This document shows positions 50,001-58,658 of a DNA stretch of 64,000 bases, piece by piece. Source of the stretch: an uncultured Pseudomonadales bacterium. Lineage in GTDB: Bacteria; Patescibacteriota; Microgenomatia; UBA1400; PJMF01. The stretch spans positions 3,760-67,759 of the forward strand of contig CAYUQY010000004.1 of NCBI GenBank assembly GCA_964447075.1, written 5' to 3'. The notes beneath the pieces are model-generated. The model had not been told where the DNA came from. It searched no databases and saw nothing but the letters and a program-made list of their open reading frames with translations. A program made the position numbers and the translations under genes. Every line of letters starts with the position of its first letter. Positions within the stretch are counted from its first letter, which is position 1.

Positions 50001-53000
50001 ACCTGGTCAAAAGACCGCAACTTCGAGTTTGGCGACGCTGACTCTGACTGGTACACTCCATGGTGGAGTCGGGAGAACACAAGCTACTTTGGTCAAGAGC
50101 TGGGCAAAGGTAAGGGTCTAACTGATAAATCTGGTGAGCTTAAACTCTCCTTGCCTATCTTGGAAAAAAAGAAAACCAATCGCCGTCTCAGACTTGAAGC
50201 TACAGTTGAAGACATCTCTCACCAGACAAGTATTGCCAACTCTCAAGAGTTTCTAGTTTACAACTCATCTCTAGATGTTGGACTTAAGCCCCTCACGTAC
50301 ACTTCAATAGCTGGAGCTCCAGCCGGAGCCGAAGTTGTGACCATAAACTCTGCTACTGGAGAAGAAAAACCAGCTCTTCCCATAAACATTCAAATCCTAC
50401 GCCGCAGCTGGAGCTCAATTCGTGAGAAAAATCCCAATGATGGCCAGCTCTACTGGATCAGCAAACCAATCGATAGTTTTATCGAATCTCAGCAACTGAT
50501 GAGTGATCAACACGGCAGAACAAAAGTAGTGTTTACCCCTCAGGAGGCTGGAACTTACAAAGTTCAGGCTGAAGTGAAAGATGATCAAGGCAGAACTGCT
50601 GTTTCTTCTACCTTTATCTGGGTAACTGGTGACAATGGTCACTTTAACCAAGCCAATAACGATCGAGTCCCACTTATTCCGGACAAGCAAGAGTATAAAG
50701 TAGGTGAAAAAGCTAAAATAGGAGTCGCAGCCAACGTACAATCTGGTATCGGCTTAGTCACCACAGAGAGAAACGGCGTTTATTCTTACCAAGTGCTGAC
50801 CAAGCCAGATCAGCTCAAGTCATTTTCTATCGATATCAATCAGGAGCTTGTACCCAACATCTTTGTCTCGGCTCTCTTTGTCCATCCCAGCACAGACTTT
50901 AGAGCTCCCCCTGACTTCAAGATGGGTATCACCGAGATTAGAGTTAGTGATCCTACCAAACATCTTAATGTAGAGTTTTTAAGTGAAAAGAAAGAGTATT
51001 TACCTGGTGAAGTCCTGAAGTCTAAAGTAAAAGTTACTGATCAGAACGGCGCACCGGTTCAAGCAGAGGTAGCCGTAGCGGTAGTGGACCAAGCAGTTTG
51101 GAGCTTAGCGAGAGTAGAGCTGCCAGATATTTTTGAGCTGTTCTACAGGCCGCAACAGTATGCTGTCAGCACAAGCCATAGCCTGACTCTCTCCATGGAT
51201 AGAATCAATGCCAACACCCTAGTTGGAGCTAAGGGTGGTTCCGGTGGTGGAGGCTGTGAGGGCGGAGACTGTGGAGCGACCACAATGAGAGACAACTTTG
51301 CAGACACTGCTTACTGGAATGCAAGCCTTGTCACCAACTCTCAAGGCATAGCTGAGTTTGAAGTTAAGCTTCCTGACAACTTAACCCAGTGGCGCCTGAG
51401 TGGTGTTGCAGCTACAGACTCAACAGCTGTAGGACAAGGAAGTAGCTCAGTAGTTGTCACTAAGCCTATCTTGATCACTCCCTACCTACCCAGATTCGTA
51501 AGCCTAGGCGATGAAGCCACACTTTCTGCCAGTGTTCACAATCTGACTTCTAGTGATCAAAACTTGAGTATTACTCTAGAACTAAATGGAGGCGAAGTAG
51601 TTGGGAACTCCTCTACATCACTTTTGCTTCCTGCACATACACAGAAAAAAATCGTCTGGCCTAGTAAAATTACAACCTTACAGACAAATCTTGAAGCTAA
51701 AATCACCGCCTCCAATCAACTTCAAGTTCTGGACTCTGTAAAAGTTGTGCTGCCGATGCAGCTCAACAATCAGCTCCAGCAAACTACCACCTCAGGCACA
51801 CTCTCTGGCAGGACTATCGAGCAAATTAAGCTACCTACTGGAGCAGTATCTGAGTTGAGTAAACTAAAACTAACCCTCTCAAGCTCTAGGGTTGGAGCAG
51901 CCATCTCCGGAGTTCAAAACTACATAGCTGAGTATCCTTTTTACTGTACTGAGCAAACAGTGGCGAAGCTCGTAATCATGCTGGGATTTCTGGAGTTGAA
52001 CAACCAGGGTGAAACTTATCAGCAGGGAGTTAGCATCTCCAACTCTCCTCAAGCTGTCGTGACAGACGCTATCGAGAGACTGGTGGCCACTCAAAATCCA
52101 GACGGCGGCTGGGGCTGGTGGGGCAGTAGTATGAGTAGTGACCCAGTCTTAAGCAGTATGGCTACCTCTGCCCTCTGGGAAGCCAAACAGTCGAGTCAAG
52201 TAGTACCTGATGTTACTCTTGATAAAGCCGCTACTTATCTGAGTTCCCTGCTCTCCATCTACTCAATTTCTAGTGATGAACAAGCCATTGTAGTCGAGGC
52301 TTTAACTAAGCTCAAAAAAGTTGATACTGCCACACTCAATAGGATTTTTGAGCACAGGCGTGAAGTTACTTTAACAAGTAGAGCATATCTCTTACTAGCT
52401 ATTCAGAGATCAAGTGGGGTCGATCAGATCGAGAAAACTCTACTTCAAGAGCTACTCTCTTTAGCTAAACTATCCAACACTTCTGTCCACTGGGAAGAGA
52501 ACTCAAAGAGCTCATGGAGGCTATTTTCTAACTCAGCTGGTCTAACTGCCCTCATGATAGAGGCATCTCTAAATGAAAGTCCTGACCATCCATACATAGC
52601 AAGAGCTATTTCCTGGCTAGAAAGTGCCAAGCACGATGGCCACTGGAGCTCAACTCACGATACTAGGTTGGTAGCTCATGCAGTTAGCCGAGTCGCAAAG
52701 CTAGAAAAAGCAGGTTTTTCACAACCATCGTGGCAAGCCAAGTTTCTAAACCAGAATGAGAGCGGACAGTTCGAACACAAAGACATCTTCAAAAATATTG
52801 ATCTCAACTTTTCTCTCAAAGATCTGAAAAGTGAGCAATCTCAAGAGCTATCTTTAGAAAAGAGCGGATGGTCCAATCTTTACTACAACTTAACTGCAGA
52901 TTTTGTCTTCCCTTTTGCAGCTTCAAAGCCCACCTCCAATGGCTTTACCCTCATTAGAGAACTTCAAACTAAAAGCGGGAAAAAATTAAGCAACACAGTG

Positions 53001-53387
53001 ACTACAGATGAGGAGATTTGGGTCAAGTTGACGCTTGTTTCGCCACAGGAGCGTCATCATGTAGTCATTGAGGACAAGCTACCTGCTGGCTTTGAGCCAG
53101 TCAACGAGAGCTTGGCCACTACTACTCTAGATGTATCACCACCTAAGCTAGACTCAGCCCTAGAAACGCCCGACAATCTAACTGAGCTGTTCGCAGACCA
53201 TCAAGAGATGCGCAGTGACAGAACTTTACTTTTTGTTGAAAATCTCACACCGGGGGTGTACTACTTCTCCTACAGAGTTCGACCAAGTATCAAGGGCAAG
53301 TTTCAGTATCCTCCAGCCGTAGTCTCAGAGATGTACTTTCCAGATGTCAAGGCTGCATCTGATGGGGGCTGGATCGAGATAAAGTAA
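47064..53387 (+). CDS. Bacterial alpha-2-macroglobulin family protein (thioester-containing), membrane-anchored
   Basis: About 2100 aa. The CTEQ thioester motif (YPFYCTEQTVAKL) is at nt 51944-51955. N-terminal tandem Ig-like repeats follow the pattern ...FDRPM... A Gly/Cys-rich segment GAKGGSGGGGCEGGDCGATT lies about 230 aa upstream of the thioester. A basic N-terminal tail precedes one TM (VRLLILPVFLCLLALFTW). The ORF-track start is a GTG at 47028 that overlaps the PBP stop. The ATG at 47064 with a GAGAGA SD 8 nt upstream is preferred. Confidence 0.85.
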   Translation: MKTKSRLPPQPLWTKAFSMLRKFQKKLRLLTAKKLPQLSKIFSSRLKLIVFDWKRFLASDRVSLVQELALNSFRQLKTFAIFLKKYFLTRVSQFVTNFRTASLRTKVRLLILPVFLCLLALFTWQSSSLFTPPKVVVTFPDSQSRDVSVATKVTIQFDRPMLSQHFGTPLKFGKTTASELTPVQFSSDEKPDSVSWQGSNTLSFTPASPLERNTEYILKVDRGLFSSYFVPLWQAQTVKFTTEGDPKILLASPQGEILEKKPIITIMFDRPMVPVTLEGKEADDSSDMLKSPLIFIPLVPGSGRWLGSSAYEWTPDKNLAPATTFQYGVAPGLKAQDGSQMLQSHSFSFETESPHVALPVCTGSQMECESFESQNANTVTVPASGEKYANIATPIVVNLNLPVTLESAQSSVKLFAERGATTLRDVPATIQVHKKQIILTPNQPLERELSYRIQISPGLKTLGGPNQSKDSYSFYFKTAPLPKVLSSDPSDGTKNSDETSQLKVKFNAPMKQSSFNGRLHIDPLPKGDLDLYFSNYSDNNTLSINSSFERSTSYKVTLDPEVVDQHGTPLGKSFQFSFETAPYDSTVVIEPSGTYFATFSQSLGPKFLVRSRNTSSVSVDVFKIDRSSFLELYRARQNYQESEEFRSWQYFSTQKLSKLNSWQIPIESPLNVSKKMVLELKDDKGQKLPAGMYLLDLSVPKGKRRDRTVVIISDSATTFKISPQDMLIWAVNQSNGQPISKQNIEITDKVGESQGLGQTNSDGVWQLHDSMPYSRLLEKNKGQLVLFAFLKEGDNETVVASDWSSGLDGSDFGLNSSYYPTKTNDKQNEVYLLIDRPIYRPGQKVYYKGVVRRRQDNNYTLPTPNSPLQLTVHDSQNKEIYATTVTTSSAGSFAGEFSLGQSGKVGEHSLVVKMGETQASQDFQVEMFRTPEFAVKILTPQQLLIDELIKPTISASYYFGAPLPRAKVSWSLTGQDAPYTWSKDRNFEFGDADSDWYTPWWSRENTSYFGQELGKGKGLTDKSGELKLSLPILEKKKTNRRLRLEATVEDISHQTSIANSQEFLVYNSSLDVGLKPLTYTSIAGAPAGAEVVTINSATGEEKPALPINIQILRRSWSSIREKNPNDGQLYWISKPIDSFIESQQLMSDQHGRTKVVFTPQEAGTYKVQAEVKDDQGRTAVSSTFIWVTGDNGHFNQANNDRVPLIPDKQEYKVGEKAKIGVAANVQSGIGLVTTERNGVYSYQVLTKPDQLKSFSIDINQELVPNIFVSALFVHPSTDFRAPPDFKMGITEIRVSDPTKHLNVEFLSEKKEYLPGEVLKSKVKVTDQNGAPVQAEVAVAVVDQAVWSLARVELPDIFELFYRPQQYAVSTSHSLTLSMDRINANTLVGAKGGSGGGGCEGGDCGATTMRDNFADTAYWNASLVTNSQGIAEFEVKLPDNLTQWRLSGVAATDSTAVGQGSSSVVVTKPILITPYLPRFVSLGDEATLSASVHNLTSSDQNLSITLELNGGEVVGNSSTSLLLPAHTQKKIVWPSKITTLQTNLEAKITASNQLQVLDSVKVVLPMQLNNQLQQTTTSGTLSGRTIEQIKLPTGAVSELSKLKLTLSSSRVGAAISGVQNYIAEYPFYCTEQTVAKLVIMLGFLELNNQGETYQQGVSISNSPQAVVTDAIERLVATQNPDGGWGWWGSSMSSDPVLSSMATSALWEAKQSSQVVPDVTLDKAATYLSSLLSIYSISSDEQAIVVEALTKLKKVDTATLNRIFEHRREVTLTSRAYLLLAIQRSSGVDQIEKTLLQELLSLAKLSNTSVHWEENSKSSWRLFSNSAGLTALMIEASLNESPDHPYIARAISWLESAKHDGHWSSTHDTRLVAHAVSRVAKLEKAGFSQPSWQAKFLNQNESGQFEHKDIFKNIDLNFSLKDLKSEQSQELSLEKSGWSNLYYNLTADFVFPFAASKPTSNGFTLIRELQTKSGKKLSNTVTTDEEIWVKLTLVSPQERHHVVIEDKLPAGFEPVNESLATTTLDVSPPKLDSALETPDNLTELFADHQEMRSDRTLLFVENLTPGVYYFSYRVRPSIKGKFQYPPAVVSEMYFPDVKAASDGGWIEIK

Positions 53388-53396
53388 TGTTAGAGC

Positions 53397-54062
53397 TTAC
53401 AGTACTGTTTTTTTTCTCCACTCTGCTATCAATTTATGATTGCCTTCCAACAAAACTCTAGGAACATCTAAGTCTCGAAAAGTTTCAGGTCTAGTGTACT
53501 GTACAGAGCCCAATGCACCTGGCTGACTGTGTGACTCAGCTTGGTTACTTAGCTCATTGCCCAGAACTCCTGGAACAAGGCGTGTGACAGCGTCAAGCAT
53601 AACCAGACCTGCGCTCTCTCCGCCGCTAAGAACATACTCACCTATGCATTTTTCCTCAGTAGTGAAGTGATCAGCCACGCGCTGATCTACGCCCTCGTAG
53701 TGACCGCAGATAATAACTAAGTCATTGAGCAAACTGTAACGCCATGCATCGCTCTGAGTGAAGTTACTTCCTCTAGCAGAGGTCAGGATGACCATAGGAG
53801 AGTTTAGCTGGAGAGACTCTAAAGCAAGTACAATCGGCTCTACTTTCATAACCATGCCCGGACCACCGCCAAAAGGACGATCATCCGTGACCCTTTGCTT
53901 ATCAACCGCAAACTGCCTAATATCTACTACATGATACTTAACTAGGTTTTTTTCGGCTGCTCTCTTGATCATCGACGTTCCCAAAGGCGACACAAAGAAC
54001 TCAGGAAAGAGCGTCAAGAGATGGATCGTCAAAGTAGGTGTCTGTGTTATACTTTTGGTCAT
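53397..54062 (-). CDS. trmD: tRNA (guanine37-N1)-methyltransferase
   Basis: LTIHLLTLFPEFF, RVTDDRPFGGGPGMVMKVEP and the C-terminal LLEGNHKLIAEWR are TrmD signatures. The ORF-track start (GTG at 54110) would overlap the divergent dehydrogenase gene. The ATG at 54062 is chosen by alignment to the conserved TrmD N-terminus. Confidence 0.8.
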   Translation of the reverse strand: MTKSITQTPTLTIHLLTLFPEFFVSPLGTSMIKRAAEKNLVKYHVVDIRQFAVDKQRVTDDRPFGGGPGMVMKVEPIVLALESLQLNSPMVILTSARGSNFTQSDAWRYSLLNDLVIICGHYEGVDQRVADHFTTEEKCIGEYVLSGGESAGLVMLDAVTRLVPGVLGNELSNQAESHSQPGALGSVQYTRPETFRDLDVPRVLLEGNHKLIAEWRKKTVL

Positions 54063-54087
54063 ACTCAAGATAGATATTGTACCTCTT

Positions 54088-55416
54088 ATGCACATCTGCG
54101 TCATCGGCACTGGTTTTGTGGGCGTAGTCAGCAGTGGAGTCTACGCTTCATTGGGTCACAAAGTAATAGGACTCGACATAGATCCCCACAAGATCGACCA
54201 GCTCAAACAGGGAACTGTGCCTTTTTACGAACCTGGACTAACAGAGCTTCTGGTCAAGCAGCAAGCCACTGGAAACCTAAGCTTTACGACCAGCTACAAA
54301 GAGGCTATTTCTTCAGCTGAAGTAATCATTATTGCTGTGGGCACACCATCAGCAGCAGATGGTCAAGCTGACTTGAGGTATATTTTTGCCTCCTGCCAAT
54401 CACTTGCCCCTTTCCTCCAACCAAAGGCTATCATAGCTATTAAGTCTACTGTTCCTCCAGGAACTTTAGCAAAAGTAAACAGCATCATTACTGGGTACTT
54501 TTCACAAAATCACTCTGAAAAAAAGCCTCCCCACTACTCCCTCGCCTCACTCCCAGAATTTCTTAAAGAAGGCACAGCTGTTGAAGACACAGTTCATCCA
54601 GATAGGGTGGTAATTGGTGCCAGCTCGAATGAGGTTTTTGAAGTCTTGAGCCAGCTACACCTACCACTCACTCCCAACATCGTAAAAATATCTCCAGAGT
54701 CAGCTCAGATGGCTAAGTACTCGGCGAACGCTTATCTAGCCACACGAATTACTTTTATCAATCAAATATCTGACCTGTGTCAAAAAAATGGAGCTGATGT
54801 CCAGGAAGTAATAGCTGCTATCTCTCCTGATAAAAGGATCGGTCCTCACTACTGGTACCCTGGACTTGGGTATGGTGGTTCCTGTTTTCCCAAAGATGTC
54901 AAAGAGCTAGCTGCATACTCTAGAAGTGTGGGTGAAGGTAACAATCTTTTCAACAAAATTAACGAGCTAAATGAGAACCGCATTTGGATGTTACTAGATG
55001 CCTTTGCTGATAAAATTGGCGGATGGGAAGGCAAAAATATCGCTTTACTTGGTCTATCCTTCAAACCCAACACCAACGATACGCGAGAAGCTCCTAGTAC
55101 CAAAATAATTCCTTACCTCATGTCACATAGCTGTAAGATTTTGGGTTATGATCCTAAAGCTGAGATTGTTCAAGAAAGTAACTCTGATAGTTCAGGATCA
55201 TTCAAGCAAGAGTCTTCGATCTTGAAGACTGTAAAAAATGCTGATGTAGTAATTGCTGTAGTTGAGTGGCCTGAGATAATTAAATGGGATTTTTCTGCAA
55301 CCAAAGAAACCAAAAAACAGTGCTTTATCGATGCTCGCAATCAATTTGACCGTAGTGCCATCACAAAGCTTGGCTATCACTACCTTGGTGTAGGAACCAC
55401 AAATCAGCATGACTAA
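54088..55416 (+). CDS. ugd: Nucleotide-sugar dehydrogenase (UDP-glucose/GDP-mannose dehydrogenase family; probable UDP-glucose 6-dehydrogenase)
   Basis: MHICVIGTGFVGVVSSG Rossmann motif, AVGTP, KSTVPPGT and the catalytic GYGGSCFPKD. The ORF-track N-terminal 41-aa extension is antisense to trmD and is rejected. Confidence 0.75.
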   Translation: MHICVIGTGFVGVVSSGVYASLGHKVIGLDIDPHKIDQLKQGTVPFYEPGLTELLVKQQATGNLSFTTSYKEAISSAEVIIIAVGTPSAADGQADLRYIFASCQSLAPFLQPKAIIAIKSTVPPGTLAKVNSIITGYFSQNHSEKKPPHYSLASLPEFLKEGTAVEDTVHPDRVVIGASSNEVFEVLSQLHLPLTPNIVKISPESAQMAKYSANAYLATRITFINQISDLCQKNGADVQEVIAAISPDKRIGPHYWYPGLGYGGSCFPKDVKELAAYSRSVGEGNNLFNKINELNENRIWMLLDAFADKIGGWEGKNIALLGLSFKPNTNDTREAPSTKIIPYLMSHSCKILGYDPKAEIVQESNSDSSGSFKQESSILKTVKNADVVIAVVEWPEIIKWDFSATKETKKQCFIDARNQFDRSAITKLGYHYLGVGTTNQHD

Positions 55417-55444
55417 CAAACTACACACTGCATAACAAATCAAA

Positions 55445-56422
55445 ATGTCTAAAAAAATACTTATCACCGGTGGAACAGGCTTTGTGGGCTCACATCTTAT
55501 CGAGCTACTGTCAAAGGAAGAGCCTGGAGCAACACTCCACAGCACTACTTTTAAAGCAGTTGATAGCTATGTCTCAGCGAACTTCCCCGAAGTTACTCAA
55601 CACAGTCTAAACTTAACCGACAAGCAAGCTACATTTGAGCTTATCTCTACGGTGATGCCCGACGAGCTCTACCACTTAGCCTCAATCTCAGCTGTGGGCT
55701 CTAGTTTTGAAAATGTGCGTGATATCCTGCACAACAATCTAACTCTTCACCTCAATGTCCTAGAGGCTGTCAAAGAGTGTTCTCCAGATACAAAGATGCT
55801 GAGTGTTGGCTCAGCTGAGTGCTACGGTCAATCCAATCTAAAGTTCTTGACTCCTCTAGATGAAACAGCCCTCCCTCTGCCCACCAATCCCTACTCTATT
55901 TCAAAGCTCACCCAAGAGATGCTCAGTCTTTACTATGCTCGCTCTTACAAGCTAAACATCGTCTGTGCTCGACCCTTCAATCATGTTGGTGAGCGCCAAA
56001 CACCCAACTTTGCAGTCAGCGCTTTTGCCTCGCAGATAGCTGCCATTGAGCTTGGCTTGCAGTCACACCTAAGTGTAGGCAATCTAGAGACAGTTCGTGA
56101 CTTTTCTGATGTTAAAGACATAGTGAGAGGCTACTCCACTCTGATGTCTGTTGGTCAAGGCTCGCAAATTTATAATCTTGGAAGTGGTAAAGGCTACCGT
56201 ATTCAAGATATACTCAATAAGTTGATCAGCTTAGCCAGGGTTGAGATCAAAGTTGAGAGTGACCCAAAGCGTATGAGACCTAGTGACACCGCTTGGCTGT
56301 TAGCTGACATTGGTAAAATAAAGTCTTTGGGTTGGTCACCAAAGATTGAGATCATGAACACATTGGAGAGAACTCTGGAGTACTGGCGAGATCAGAAGTC
56401 GCTCTTGGTAGAAAAAAAATAG
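55445..56422 (+). CDS. rmd: GDP-4-dehydro-6-deoxy-D-mannose reductase (Rmd-like short-chain dehydrogenase)
   Basis: ILITGGTGFVGSHL, YSISK, ARPFNHVGERQ, VGNLETVRDFSDVKDI, YNLGSG and DPKRMRPSD closely parallel Pseudomonas Rmd as I recall it. It sits directly upstream of gmd. Confidence 0.65.
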   Translation: MSKKILITGGTGFVGSHLIELLSKEEPGATLHSTTFKAVDSYVSANFPEVTQHSLNLTDKQATFELISTVMPDELYHLASISAVGSSFENVRDILHNNLTLHLNVLEAVKECSPDTKMLSVGSAECYGQSNLKFLTPLDETALPLPTNPYSISKLTQEMLSLYYARSYKLNIVCARPFNHVGERQTPNFAVSAFASQIAAIELGLQSHLSVGNLETVRDFSDVKDIVRGYSTLMSVGQGSQIYNLGSGKGYRIQDILNKLISLARVEIKVESDPKRMRPSDTAWLLADIGKIKSLGWSPKIEIMNTLERTLEYWRDQKSLLVEKK

Positions 56423-56475
56423 CTGGTGTAACTTAAAGAGTAGCTTTTTCTAGAGCTACTAGAGAGAAAAATTCT

Positions 56476-57450
56476 ATGAAAAAAGCTTTCATATCCGGAA
56501 TCACAGGACAAGATGGTTCGTACCTTGCAGAGTTGCTACTAGAAAAAGGCTACAGTGTCTACGGCTTGACTAGGCGCACTAGCACCCAGAACTTTGAGCG
56601 CATCGCTGCCGTCAGACATCATGCCAATCTAGAGCTAGTTTCAGGCGACCTACTCGATCAACATTCCTTGACCATTGCTCTTAAAGATATTCAGCCTGAT
56701 GAGGTCTACAACTTGGCAGCTCAATCTTTCGTCAAAGCCAGCTGGGATCAGCCAGTCTTGACAGGAGAGTTTACGGCTCTAGGTGTGACAAGGATGCTTG
56801 AAGCTGTCAGATTTGCCTGTCCCAAAGCTAAGTTTTATCAAGCTAGCTCATCAGAAATGTTTGGCAAAGTCCAAGCTGTTCCCCAGACAGAAAGTACCCC
56901 TTTCTACCCTCGCTCTCCCTACGGTGTCGCCAAAGCCTACGGACACTGGATCACAGTTAACTATCGTGAGTCATTTGATATGTTTGCTGTCTCTGGTTTG
57001 CTGTTCAATCACGAGTCTCCTAGAAGAGGCCTTGAGTTTGTTACTCGCAAGATAGCTAACGCAGTAGCTAGAATCAAGCTAGGTAAACAAGAAAAAATTG
57101 AGCTAGGCAACCTTGGTGCCAAAAGAGACTGGGGATACGCTAAGGACTATGTCGAAGCCATGTGGCTAATGTTGCAACAAGCCAACCCTGAAGACTATGT
57201 GATTGCAACAGGTGAGACACACTCTGTAAGAGAGTTTCTAAAATCAGCTTGTGATGTGGTCGGCATCAAAGACTGGCAGAATATTTATCTTCACAATCCT
57301 AAGTACGATCGTCCAGCTGAAGTAGATCTCCTGATAGGTGATGCAAGCAAAGCTAAAAGAGAACTTGGTTGGCAGCCAACTGTTTCATTCGAAGAACTAG
57401 TTAAGATTATGGTCGAAGCAGAGTTAGAAAATGAAGGAAAAAACCCATGA
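56476..57450 (+). CDS. gmd: GDP-mannose 4,6-dehydratase
   Basis: [29 protein letters not shown] and [10 protein letters not shown] are Gmd signatures. Confidence 0.9.
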   Translation: MKKAFISGITGQDGSYLAELLLEKGYSVYGLTRRTSTQNFERIAAVRHHANLELVSGDLLDQHSLTIALKDIQPDEVYNLAAQSFVKASWDQPVLTGEFTALGVTRMLEAVRFACPKAKFYQASSSEMFGKVQAVPQTESTPFYPRSPYGVAKAYGHWITVNYRESFDMFAVSGLLFNHESPRRGLEFVTRKIANAVARIKLGKQEKIELGNLGAKRDWGYAKDYVEAMWLMLQQANPEDYVIATGETHSVREFLKSACDVVGIKDWQNIYLHNPKYDRPAEVDLLIGDASKAKRELGWQPTVSFEELVKIMVEAELENEGKNP

Positions 57451-58604
57451 AGAAGGCTATAGTCATCATTCCAACCTACAACGAAAAAGAGAACATCGGA
57501 CCAACCCTCTCAGCTGTGAGCAAGGTATTTGAGCAGATAAAGTCATGGGAGATGCAGGTTTTGGTTGTAGACGACAGCTCTCCAGACGGAACCGGTCAGG
57601 TGGTAATAGATCTACAGAAACAGTACCCTTGGCTAGAGCTTCTCTCCAATCCCAAAAAATCTGGTTTAGGTGGAGCTTACCTTAAGGCCATGGAGCATGC
57701 CTTTGGCAAACTAGGAGCTGACATCGTGTTTGAGTTTGACGCTGATCTACAACATGACCCAAACAAAATTCCTGCCTTCTTGGAAAAAATTGATCAGGGA
57801 GCAGATATGGTTCTGGGCTCACGTTACATGAAGGGTGGAAGTATTCCTGCCTCTTGGGGAGTACACCGCAAATTTTTAAGTTTTTTTGGCAATCTATTGA
57901 TTAGAGCTCTCTTTCTAAGCCCTCACCTCAGTGACTGGACATCTGGTTATAGAGCTATTACAAGGAAAGTTTATGATGTAGCTCATCTTGGTCTTCAGTC
58001 TGAGAGATTCACTGGCTACGCATTTCAGATCGGTTTTCTCTACAAGGCCTTCAGAGCTGGATTTAAGATTGAAATGGTGCCATACCACTTTGCTGATCGA
58101 ACAGTTGGTATCTCCAAAATGAGCTCTGAGTATGCCAAGAACACCATAATTTTCATCTTTAAAATTCGTATTTTGGAGATTTTGGCTAGCAGAAAATTCA
58201 AATTTTTGGTCGTAGGGTCGATAGGAGCTGGAGTTCAGCTAAGCTTCCTGACTTTATTTAGATCACTCATGCTCTTTGAGCTAGCCTATATCTTGAGTAT
58301 TGAGATGGCAGTGATCTCCAACTTCTTGCTCAGCAATACTTGGACCTTTGCAGATCGAAAGCTTCCCTTGTCAGCTTGGCCAGCCAAGTTTTTGACTTTC
58401 AATCTCTCTTCTGCCGGATCAATTATCATTCAAACGATTATCGGCATAACTGGTAAAAATACCATTGGACTGATAGCCCTTTTTACTCTGCCGATACTCA
58501 ACATTTTGGTAGACACTGGGCATGTTTATGCTATCGTAGGCATCCTAGTTGGTCTGGTCTGGAACTTCTACGCTTACTCCAAGTTTGTCTGGAAAAAATC
58601 GTGA
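57447..58604 (+). CDS. Polyprenol-phosphate sugar synthase (DPM1/GtrB-like GT2) fused to a C-terminal GtrA-like 4-TM domain
   Basis: [41 protein letters not shown] and GSRY form the GT2 part. The C-terminal 130 aa have 4 TM helices with [18 protein letters not shown]...[11 protein letters not shown], GtrA-family-like. A GAAGGA SD lies upstream. Confidence 0.8.
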   Translation: MKKAIVIIPTYNEKENIGPTLSAVSKVFEQIKSWEMQVLVVDDSSPDGTGQVVIDLQKQYPWLELLSNPKKSGLGGAYLKAMEHAFGKLGADIVFEFDADLQHDPNKIPAFLEKIDQGADMVLGSRYMKGGSIPASWGVHRKFLSFFGNLLIRALFLSPHLSDWTSGYRAITRKVYDVAHLGLQSERFTGYAFQIGFLYKAFRAGFKIEMVPYHFADRTVGISKMSSEYAKNTIIFIFKIRILEILASRKFKFLVVGSIGAGVQLSFLTLFRSLMLFELAYILSIEMAVISNFLLSNTWTFADRKLPLSAWPAKFLTFNLSSAGSIIIQTIIGITGKNTIGLIALFTLPILNILVDTGHVYAIVGILVGLVWNFYAYSKFVWKKS

Positions 58605-58658
58605 TCCAATTTATCTTATTTTCTTACTACAGGCCGTTACTCTAGATTTAAGCAAAGC

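Noticed and set aside
53370-53400. T8 run with a short palindrome (acagtactgtttttttt) at the A2M/trmD convergent junction as a bidirectional terminator
   Set aside because: The possible stem is only 3-5 bp with essentially no loop. The sequence lies within the trmD 3' coding region. Too weak to call.
53965-54087. 41-aa N-terminal extension of the dehydrogenase ORF, with a hydrophobic stretch that could pass for a membrane anchor
   Set aside because: It is antisense to the conserved trmD N-terminus. The Rossmann motif starts right at the internal ATG (54088), as in orthologues, so the extension is an ORF-finder artefact.
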